From: a virus
Virus record (IMG/VR): IMGVR_UViG_3300045988_105971
Coordinates: 1-31,189 of that record
Direction: 5' to 3' (one strand)
Length of the DNA stretch: 31,189 nucleotides
Shown: piece by piece, positions 24,232 to 31,189 of the stretch
Position numbering within the stretch: position 1 is the first letter of the stretch
Layout of the letters: the number at the start of each line of letters is the position of its first letter
Made by a program: the position numbers and the translations under genes
The notes under the pieces: generated by a model
What the model saw: only the letters and a program-made list of their open reading frames with translations
The model's database searches: none
What the model was told of the DNA's origin: nothing

Positions 24232-27200
24232 GTGTCCGACGGAAAGGTCGTAATCCAGATAACCGCCGATCCCTCCGACTACGAGAAGGCGATCGGCTCG
24301 CTCGGCGCGAGCACTCAGAAGTCGCTCGCCACGGCGATCAAGGGCAGCTTCATCGGCAACCTGTTCGCCCAGGCGTTCAGCAAGGCGGCGGGGGTCATCG
24401 CCAACTCGATGGACTCCGCCATCAGCCGCGTCGACACGATGAAGAACTTCCCGCGCGTCATGCAGTCGCTCGGCTACAGCGCCGACGACGCGGCAAGTTC
24501 CATCCAGAAGATGAGCGACCACCTGACGGGGCTGCCCACGCGCCTGGACTCCATGACCTCCAGCGTGCAGAAGATCGTCCCGACCGTGAAGGACGTGGGC
24601 AAGGCCACCGACATCATGCTCTCGTTCAACGACGCGCTGCTCGCGGGCGGAGCCAGCACACAGGTTCAGGAGGCGGCGCTCGAGCAGTTCAGCCAGGTGC
24701 TCGCCAAGGGAAAGCCCGAGCTTGAGGACTGGCGAAGCATCCAGGCCGCGATGCCTGGCCAGCTCGATCAGGTGGCGCAGTCGATGCTGGGGCAGGGCAA
24801 GAGCGCCAACGACCTGTACGAGGCGCTGAAGCACGGCGACGTGACCATGAGCGACTTCTGCGACGCGCTGGTACGCCTGGACAAGGAGGGCGGCAACGGC
24901 TTCGCGTCGTTCTCCGAGCAGGCGAAGCTCGGCACGCAGGGCATAGCCACCAGCTTCAGCAACCTCGAGAACTCGGTCGTCAAGGGCCTTGCGTCCGTAC
25001 TCGACGCTGTGGGCTCTGAGAACATCGTCGGCGTGATGGAGGGCGCGAACAAGGCGATCACGGGAGTGTTCAAGCAGGTCGCCGCCTCCGTGTCAGGCGC
25101 AATGCCCACCGTTAAGCAGATGGGCTCGGCACTGCTCCAGATGGTGCCGCAGATAGTAGCCGCCGTTGCGGGCTTCTACGGCTTCAAGTCGGTGGGCGGC
25201 TACGTCGCAGATGCTTCTGCGCGCCTGGGGCAGCTCGGCAAGGGCGCGAGCACCGCCGCCAAGGCATCGGCGATCCTGGGCAAGAGCATCAGCCCCGTGG
25301 GAATCGCGCTCACCGTGGCAGCCGCCGCTGTGGGGCTCATCGCGGGGGCCGTCACCGACTACGTGACCAAGGCGGAGAACGCCAAGAAGGCCACCGAGGG
25401 GCTCAACCAGGCAACCGCCGACACCGTTGGGCTGCAAAGCTACTCCGGCACGTTGGGCGACGTTGCGCAGAAGGCGGAGGACGCGCACGTCAGCGTCGAC
25501 GACCTGAACGCATCGACGGCGCAGCACGTCGATGCAATGAACAGGAACACGCAGGCCGCGCAGAGCCAGATAAGCGAGCTGACCGCCGCGCAGAGCATCA
25601 TCACGTCGCTTGCGGGGCAGACTGACCTTTCCGCCGAGAGCCAGGGCCGCCTGGAATGGGCGCTCAAGACGGTGAACGATCAGTTCGGGCTGAGCATCAG
25701 CGCCGCAGACGTAGCCGCCAACAAGTACAAGGACCAGGACGGCAACGCAAAGAGCCTGAATGACTCCATCAACGAACTTATCGAGGCCAAGAAGCACGAG
25801 GCGCAGATGGACGCGATGCAGGCGAACTACAGCGAAGTGCTGAAGCAGAAGACCGATGCCGAGAGCGCCTACGCCGATGCCGTAGTGCACCGAAGCGACC
25901 GCATCAAGGAGGCCGAGGACCAGCTCGCCGCCAAGTTCGCCGACACCACCACGGCCGAGGACCGCCAGCGCATGGCCACCCAGCAGGTGGACGAGGAGAT
26001 AGCGGGGCTGAAGGGCAACGTCGACAACGCCAGCAAGAGCCTCGATGACATTTCAGCAGCCATGGGCGACTCCGCCAAGTCGGCAAGCGAGAGCGCGGAC
26101 GCGTTCGACCAGTGGGGCAACAGCCTCGACGGGACCTTCACGCAGATACTCCAGAAGAAACTGGGCGCGAACGGCCTGGGCCAGCTGAAGGACGACCTCC
26201 GCGACCTCGGCGTGTCGGTCGAGGACCTTGGCAACCTCACGGGCGACCAGCTGCAGGAGCTGGCGCTCGCGTACGACGGCACCTCCGCATCCATCGTAGG
26301 CAAGCTAGCCGAATGGGGCGTCGGCATGGACGACGCGAAGAGGAAGGCCGCCGAGGGCGCGGCAGGGATCCGCGACGCGCTGAACGGGATGAACCTCGGC
26401 GAGGTCTTCTCGTCCGTGAACGTCGACATCTCCAGCTTCAGCCAGGCGCTTGCCGAGGCAGGCGTCTCCGTCGAGGAGCTCAACAGCATCGGCAGCGAGA
26501 ACCTGTCGGCGCTGGCCCAGAGCTGCAACGGCAACACCGACCAGATGATAGCCGCCATAACCGCATTCAACGGCACGCCGATGCTCGACAAGAACAGCGG
26601 CGTGTACATCTACGACACCGAGCTGACGGACGCCCAGGGGAACGTCTACACATGGAACGGCACCGCGCTGGTCGACAAGAACGGCACCGCCATCGTCCAG
26701 GACGCCAGCCTGACCGACGCCCAGGGCCACAACTACGTCTGGAACGGCACCGCGCTGGTGTCGAAGCAGGCGAGCGCGAACGTCAACGGCAACGCTTCTA
26801 ACGGCCAGGCGAAAGGGCAGGTCGACAACACCAACAGCTCCGTCGACAGGATGCACGACAAGAGCGTCAACGCGAGCGTGAGCGGCAACGCCGCCGACGG
26901 AAGCGCGGCCAGAAGCATCTGGGACACGGTCAGCGCGATCGGCAGCCTTGTCGGCAAGAGCATCACCAACACGGTCACCAACGTCGTGCACAGCATCACG
27001 GGCAACGCGAAGGGCGGCATCAGGCCACACGCGGACGGCGGCTTCGTGCCGCGCTTCCATGCCCACGGCGCAATTGCGACCAAGGCGGTCCCGCTCGACA
27101 TCGTGGGCGAGGACGGGGCGGAGGCCATCGTGCCTCTGACGAACGAGCGGTACGCCAGGCCGTTCGCGCAGCTGATCGCGCGCGAGGTCGACGGCATGTC

Positions 27201-27426
27201 TACGCTCGACCTCGACATCGACCAGGCGCGCGCGGAGCTCGCGATGCAGTCCGCGACGCAGTACGCGCTTCTGGGCCAGGCCTTCATGCAGGGCATCCAG
27301 GAGGTGACGCTGCGGCTCGACGGCGTGAACCAGAGGCTCGACAGGATAGAGCGGAAGATGGACAGGGAGGTATCCGTGAGGATCGACAGCAGGGAGTTCG
27401 GCCGCCTGGTTAGGGGTGTGCGATGA
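24232..27426 (+). CDS. Tail tape measure protein
   Basis: 1064 aa. Ala/Gly-rich with coiled-coil segments and internal repeats (YTWNGTALVDKNGTAIVQDASLTDAQGHNYVWNGTALV). The position and length are those expected for a tape measure gene. Confidence 0.85.
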   Translation: MSDGKVVIQITADPSDYEKAIGSLGASTQKSLATAIKGSFIGNLFAQAFSKAAGVIANSMDSAISRVDTMKNFPRVMQSLGYSADDAASSIQKMSDHLTGLPTRLDSMTSSVQKIVPTVKDVGKATDIMLSFNDALLAGGASTQVQEAALEQFSQVLAKGKPELEDWRSIQAAMPGQLDQVAQSMLGQGKSANDLYEALKHGDVTMSDFCDALVRLDKEGGNGFASFSEQAKLGTQGIATSFSNLENSVVKGLASVLDAVGSENIVGVMEGANKAITGVFKQVAASVSGAMPTVKQMGSALLQMVPQIVAAVAGFYGFKSVGGYVADASARLGQLGKGASTAAKASAILGKSISPVGIALTVAAAAVGLIAGAVTDYVTKAENAKKATEGLNQATADTVGLQSYSGTLGDVAQKAEDAHVSVDDLNASTAQHVDAMNRNTQAAQSQISELTAAQSIITSLAGQTDLSAESQGRLEWALKTVNDQFGLSISAADVAANKYKDQDGNAKSLNDSINELIEAKKHEAQMDAMQANYSEVLKQKTDAESAYADAVVHRSDRIKEAEDQLAAKFADTTTAEDRQRMATQQVDEEIAGLKGNVDNASKSLDDISAAMGDSAKSASESADAFDQWGNSLDGTFTQILQKKLGANGLGQLKDDLRDLGVSVEDLGNLTGDQLQELALAYDGTSASIVGKLAEWGVGMDDAKRKAAEGAAGIRDALNGMNLGEVFSSVNVDISSFSQALAEAGVSVEELNSIGSENLSALAQSCNGNTDQMIAAITAFNGTPMLDKNSGVYIYDTELTDAQGNVYTWNGTALVDKNGTAIVQDASLTDAQGHNYVWNGTALVSKQASANVNGNASNGQAKGQVDNTNSSVDRMHDKSVNASVSGNAADGSAARSIWDTVSAIGSLVGKSITNTVTNVVHSITGNAKGGIRPHADGGFVPRFHAHGAIATKAVPLDIVGEDGAEAIVPLTNERYARPFAQLIAREVDGMSTLDLDIDQARAELAMQSATQYALLGQAFMQGIQEVTLRLDGVNQRLDRIERKMDREVSVRIDSREFGRLVRGVR

Positions 27427-28277
27427 ACCTGGCGGTCAAGTACACGAACAACAGGGGCCAGAGCATCGAGTTCGGAGGCGCCGACGACGCGCTGAACCTC
27501 TTCGAGTGCAATCTGCGGGACTCCGAGTGGAAGTACGAGGCGGGATCGTCGTACGCGATCCCCTACTTCTACAGGGAGCCTGACGAGGTCGCGCTGAAGG
27601 TGGGCGTTGCGGCGGCGAACGAGGAAGAGGGCCTGGCATGGCGCGACAGGATAGCCGACATAGCCGAATGCGACATAGCGGACGGAAGGCCGGGCTCCGT
27701 CGAGGTCAACGGGTGGCGGCTCGGCTGCTACGTGGTGGCCAGGGAGGCCGACAACTGGTGGATGGACGGCAGGTTCTTCGAGTGCGAGATGACGCTCCTC
27801 GTCCCGTCTCGCGTGTGGCGCAGGGAGACGGTCCACCACTTCGAGCCGAGCGACGGGGGAGGAACGGGCAGCCTGGACTTCCCGTTCGACTTCCCGTTCG
27901 ACTTCTCCGTCTCCGACGCGCGCAGCAGGACTATCGACAACGGCGGCATCTCGGCCGCTGACATCGTGCTCCGCTTCTACGGCCCATGCGAGAACCCTGC
28001 GGTGACCGTCGCGGGCAACGAGTACGGCGTCAAGGTGTCCGTACCCGACGGAGCCTACGTCGAGATCGACACCGAGGCGATGACTGCGGAGCTTGTCGGC
28101 AAGTACGGAGACCGCACCAACGTGTTCCCGAAGCGCATACCAGGCGGCGAGGGAAGCGGCTCGTACATCTTCGAGAAGGTCCCGAGCGGCATCCAGGCGG
28201 TTTCGAGCAGGGGCGACGTGATGTTCGACGTGGTGCTCGTCGAGCATCGCAGCGAGCCTGAGTGGAGGACGCGATGA
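27423..28277 (+). CDS. Distal tail protein (Dit-like)
   Basis: 284 aa directly after the tape measure gene, with overlapping start and stop codons. Confidence 0.55.
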   Translation: MNLAVKYTNNRGQSIEFGGADDALNLFECNLRDSEWKYEAGSSYAIPYFYREPDEVALKVGVAAANEEEGLAWRDRIADIAECDIADGRPGSVEVNGWRLGCYVVAREADNWWMDGRFFECEMTLLVPSRVWRRETVHHFEPSDGGGTGSLDFPFDFPFDFSVSDARSRTIDNGGISAADIVLRFYGPCENPAVTVAGNEYGVKVSVPDGAYVEIDTEAMTAELVGKYGDRTNVFPKRIPGGEGSGSYIFEKVPSGIQAVSSRGDVMFDVVLVEHRSEPEWRTR

Positions 28278-29233
28278 TCGCGGCGGTCCATGCGGACAAG
28301 GACCTGCGCGACGTGCGCATGGTCCTCCCGTCAAGCATGGAGTTCGCGTACGGGAAGGACGAGAACGACTTCGAGCTGCGCCTCCCTGAGGGCAGCGAGC
28401 GACTGGAGTGCGGCGGATACGTCTACGTCGACGGCACCGAGCACGGCGGCCTCGTCACGGACTTCGGCGCGGACCCTGACGAGCGCCAACACGTTTACGG
28501 GGGCATGACATGGCACGGCATGCTCGCCGCGAAGGTGCTGTCCCCCGACGGCGGACAGGACTACCTGACCGTGTCGGGCGAGCTGAATGCCGTGGTCGCC
28601 TCCCTTATAGGCCGCGTCGGCCTGGGATCGGTCATGTCTGCGCCCAAGTCCTCCTCCGGCGTCGTGGTGAGGAGCCTCAGGCTCAACCGCTACTGCACAG
28701 CGTATGAAGGGATCTGCGCCGTCATGGCCAGCGTAGGCATGGCCCCGCGGATCGTCTGCGTCGGAGGGGCGGTCACAGTCGCGCCCGAGAGGAAGAGGAC
28801 CGTCATGCGAAAGGCCAAGGTGGAGCGCCACACCCTGCCGGTGAACCATCTGGTTTGCTTGGGGAAAGGCGAGCTGGCCGCCAGGACCGTCCTGCACCTA
28901 TACGCCGATGCGGCGGGCAAGGTCGGCAAGGTGCAGACACTGAAGGGCGCGATGGAGCGCGCGGAGGTCTACGACTACAGCAGCGCGGAGGAGTCCGAGC
29001 TGGAGGAGAAGGGCATCGAGAAGCTGCAGGAGTACCAGGTGTTCGCCGAGGCGAGCTTCAGCGACCTGGGCGCTGACGAGCTTTTCATCGGCGACGTCGT
29101 GAGCTGCTACGACAGCGTCACGGACACAAGCGTATCGGTGCCGATCGAGAAGAAGATAGCGTCGTACAAGGCAAACGGCCTCTCCGTCTCCTACGAGGCG
29201 GGGGATGCTGTGATCAAGAATGGGAAGATGTAA
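28274..29233 (+). CDS. Tail-associated / baseplate protein
   Basis: About 320 aa following Dit. Alternative GTG start at 28262. Confidence 0.5.
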   Translation: MIAAVHADKDLRDVRMVLPSSMEFAYGKDENDFELRLPEGSERLECGGYVYVDGTEHGGLVTDFGADPDERQHVYGGMTWHGMLAAKVLSPDGGQDYLTVSGELNAVVASLIGRVGLGSVMSAPKSSSGVVVRSLRLNRYCTAYEGICAVMASVGMAPRIVCVGGAVTVAPERKRTVMRKAKVERHTLPVNHLVCLGKGELAARTVLHLYADAAGKVGKVQTLKGAMERAEVYDYSSAEESELEEKGIEKLQEYQVFAEASFSDLGADELFIGDVVSCYDSVTDTSVSVPIEKKIASYKANGLSVSYEAGDAVIKNGKM

Positions 29234-29242
29234 GGAGCAAAG

Positions 29243-30025
29243 ATGGCAGAGCTTATCACCGGGCGCGGCGGGACTGACCACGTCGACAGCGAGGACTTCG
29301 GGGCGCTCAACGCCGTGACCCTAGGTGACGGAACGTACATCCTGAGCGGATGCTCCATGGCCATGAAGACGGCGAGCACGCTGCACATCGCGGCGGGCGA
29401 GCTGCTGATGCAGGGCAGGCACGTCCGCATCAAGGGCGCTGGCGAGGACATCGACGTCGCAGTGGGCACCACCGGCTACAACCGCAACGACCTTGTGGCC
29501 CTGCACTACAAGCAGGAGGGCGGCATCGAGAGCGTATCCGTAGAGGTCGTTGCCGGCACCCCGACCACAGGCGCCGCCTCCGATCCTGAGCTTGGCGGCG
29601 GGTCGATCCTGAACGGCGATGCCGAGGCGTATGTCGCGATCGCCCGCGTCCCGATCGTCGGGCTTGCACCGTCAGAGCCTGTCGTCCTGGTTGGTGGGCT
29701 GAAGTCAAACAGCCAGCTCGCCGAGAGCATCAGCGCCATCCGGGATTCCGTATCCCGACCGCTGTTCAAGACGGTGAAATACACAAGCCCAAATTCAGAT
29801 GTTGGATCTGGCAATGTTCTTGAATACAGCGGAACGCTCAAAAATTTCGCAGGATACACGCCCGTTGGAATCGTGGAGACGAACACCAATCACGATTGGT
29901 CTTTCGGCTTGATGAGGGCAACGCTTAACGGAGATGGCACGTTCACCTGCACATGGATGAACTTCAACAAGAACACGTGGAGAGGCTCGATCGGCTACGC
30001 GACCGTGCTTTACATCCGATCGTGA
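29243..30025 (+). CDS. Receptor-binding (tail fibre/spike) protein with exchangeable C-terminal tip A
   Basis: 260 aa. From the IRDSVS linker at 29738-29755 the sequence drops sharply in G+C. The linker is encoded by a repeat found twice more downstream. Confidence 0.55.
   Translation: MAELITGRGGTDHVDSEDFGALNAVTLGDGTYILSGCSMAMKTASTLHIAAGELLMQGRHVRIKGAGEDIDVAVGTTGYNRNDLVALHYKQEGGIESVSVEVVAGTPTTGAASDPELGGGSILNGDAEAYVAIARVPIVGLAPSEPVVLVGGLKSNSQLAESISAIRDSVSRPLFKTVKYTSPNSDVGSGNVLEYSGTLKNFAGYTPVGIVETNTNHDWSFGLMRATLNGDGTFTCTWMNFNKNTWRGSIGYATVLYIRS
29744..29756 (+). repeat. Direct repeat copy 1 gattccgtatccc (encodes DSVS linker, frame of RBP gene)
   Basis: Exact 13-mer shared with 30024-30036 and 30373-30385. 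Confidence 0.9.
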
Positions 30026-30371
30026 TTCCGTATCCCAATTTAAGACCGAAGCAAAAGACTACTGGACAGTGACGACGCTCCCCGATGGTTTGCGAATGGC
30101 TTGGACGACAGACGGAACCGGGAGAGTTGCGCCAAACTCTGGATCGACCAAAGAGATTCCTCTCCCTTTCAAGGTGAAAGCAGGAAACGCTATATCCGTT
30201 CTGCATTCTCAGACCGATATAGGCAGATCAGCGCAAAGCGGCTTTACGCAGCTCACGGTCAAGGTTACGGCGACGGCTGACTCTGTCTTTGTAAATGCGT
30301 ACAACGACGACAACACTATGACGCTGAGCACGAGTGTGTCTATTCTCGTGATCGAACGTGCGGTGTATTAG
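29961..30371 (+). other. Silent alternative RBP tip cassette B (open frame with no start codon before the DSVS linker)
   Basis: The frame opens after TGA at 29958-29960. It reads ...RDSVSQFKTEAKDYWTVTTLPDG... to TAG at 30369-30371. The first possible start is an internal GTG at 30069. Low G+C. Confidence 0.45.
30022..30037 (+). repeat. Direct repeat copy 2 gtgattccgtatccca
   Basis: 16-mer identical to 30371-30386. Contains the RBP stop codon TGA (30023-30025). Confidence 0.9.
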
Positions 30372-30576
30372 TGATTCCGTATCCCAGCTTTCCGAGTCCA
30401 AGGCTGTAACGCTCCAATCAGGCATTACGTACGAGGTCAGCGGAAATGTCGTCATCGTCGACTACGTGACGGTGGTCAGCGGCATAGGCGGATCGTACGC
30501 GACGCTGACGTTCGCACCCGACGCGGCAGTCGGCATCGAGTCCGCGACCGTGCTCATCGAGCGCGTGTGCGGGTAA
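30358..30576 (+). CDS. Alternative RBP tip cassette C (72 aa, GTG start two codons after an in-frame stop, no RBS)
   Basis: Reads MRCISDSVSQLSESKAVTLQSGITYEVSG... The beta-rich C-terminus is typical of fibre tips. Confidence 0.4.
   Translation: MRCISDSVSQLSESKAVTLQSGITYEVSGNVVIVDYVTVVSGIGGSYATLTFAPDAAVGIESATVLIERVCG
30371..30386 (+). repeat. Direct repeat copy 3 gtgattccgtatccca
   Basis: Identical to 30022-30037. Confidence 0.9.
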
Positions 30577-30610
30577 AAGCAGCCGGGTGACCCCTGGGGC
30601 ATAAAGAGAA

Positions 30611-30649
30611 ACGGGCACGTTGCCTTTTGGCGCGTGCCCGTTTTTTCTT
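30611..30649 (+). terminator. Rho-independent terminator after tail/RBP operon
   Basis: acgggcacg (30611-30619) and cgtgcccgt (30633-30641) stem followed by ttttttctt. Confidence 0.65.
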
Positions 30650-30676
30650 GCCTGGTTTGGAAGGGAGGTGAAGCCT

Positions 30677-30997
30677 TTGATCGAGGCAAGCCAGCTGGTC
30701 GGCTGGGTAGTTTCCCCTCTGCTCGCTTCGGTGGTGGGCGGGCTGATCGTCTGCATAAAGGGCGCCGTGAAGCGCGAGTCCGCCCATGACAGGGCGATGG
30801 AGCAAGGGATGAGGGCGCTGCTGCGCCAGCAGCTGATCGACTACCACCGCGACTACGTTGTGGCCGGTCGCTCGTGCCCAGTGCGGGTGAAGGAGCAGGC
30901 CACCAGCGTCTACGCCGCCTACCACGACTTAGGTGGGAACGGCACGGGCACCCAGCTTTACCAGGAGATCATGAGCGCGCATGTAGAGGAGGATTGA
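30677..30997 (+). CDS. Lysis-cassette membrane protein (single N-terminal TM; holin-like/XhlA-like accessory)
   Basis: About 107 aa with TTG start at 30677 (alternative GTG at 30668) after RBS ggaagggagg. TM LVGWVVSPLLASVVGGLIVCI, then a charged soluble domain. Confidence 0.45.
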   Translation: MIEASQLVGWVVSPLLASVVGGLIVCIKGAVKRESAHDRAMEQGMRALLRQQLIDYHRDYVVAGRSCPVRVKEQATSVYAAYHDLGGNGTGTQLYQEIMSAHVEED

Positions 30998-30998
30998 G

Positions 30999-31189
30999 AG
31001 ATGGAAGAAGAGAACAAGTACCTGCTGCCCGACAAGGCGTACGACGTGCTGAAATGGGTCGGGCTGGTCGTATGCCCAGCGCTCGCGACGCTGACGCTCA
31101 CCGTCGGCAACGCCGTTGGCTGGGCCGACACCGTCACCGCTGCGACCATCATCACGGGCGCGGGCACGTTCATCGGCGCCTGCATCGGC
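30999..31189 (+). CDS. Holin, N-terminal part (continues across the circular junction to position 88)
   Basis: MEEENKYLLPDKAYDVLKWVGLVVCPALATLTLTVGNAVGW... in frame with 2..88 through the 55-bp overlap. Confidence 0.6.
31135..31189. repeat. Terminal direct repeat identical to 1..55
   Basis: Exact 55-nt identity with the window start. Confidence 0.9.

Noticed and set aside
30069-30371. ORF-track gene starting MTTLPDG as an independent protein
   Set aside because: The open frame extends upstream to 29961 with no start codon. It begins with the shared DSVS linker repeat, so it is better read as a promoterless tip cassette than as a gene starting at the internal GTG.

Overview
This window is a complete, circularly closed genome of a high-G+C tailed phage with siphovirus-type organisation, about 31.13 kb unique. 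Its 55-bp ends are identical (1..55 = 31135..31189), which looks like assembler k-mer closure, and a holin gene runs across the junction. Nearly all real genes are on the + strand. The long minus-strand ORFs in the track are GC-driven artefacts. Modules in order: lysis (membrane protein, two-TM holin, then an Amidase_2 + 3xSH3b endolysin at the window start); a lower-GC reverse-strand cargo operon (84-aa protein, XRE HTH regulator, 271-aa unknown protein) where an integrase would normally sit; a divergent switch region with operator-like palindromes and an HTH_17 Cro/Xis-like gene; a recombination/replication module (RusA, ParB-like nuclease-domain protein, RecT, SSB, an iteron-type origin flanked by two paralogous small genes, a YkgJ-type Cys-cluster protein, dUTPase); a run of small Cys-rich zinc-ribbon paralogs; packaging (TerL with a fused TerS-like N-terminal domain); head morphogenesis (portal, minor capsid, scaffold, major capsid, connectors); tail (major tail, chaperones, tape measure, Dit, tail proteins); and a receptor-binding gene followed by two silent alternative tip cassettes, each preceded by a 13-16-bp direct repeat. 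The host is probably a high-GC Gram-positive (Actinomycetota) bacterium. No integrase, tRNA or CRISPR array was found.
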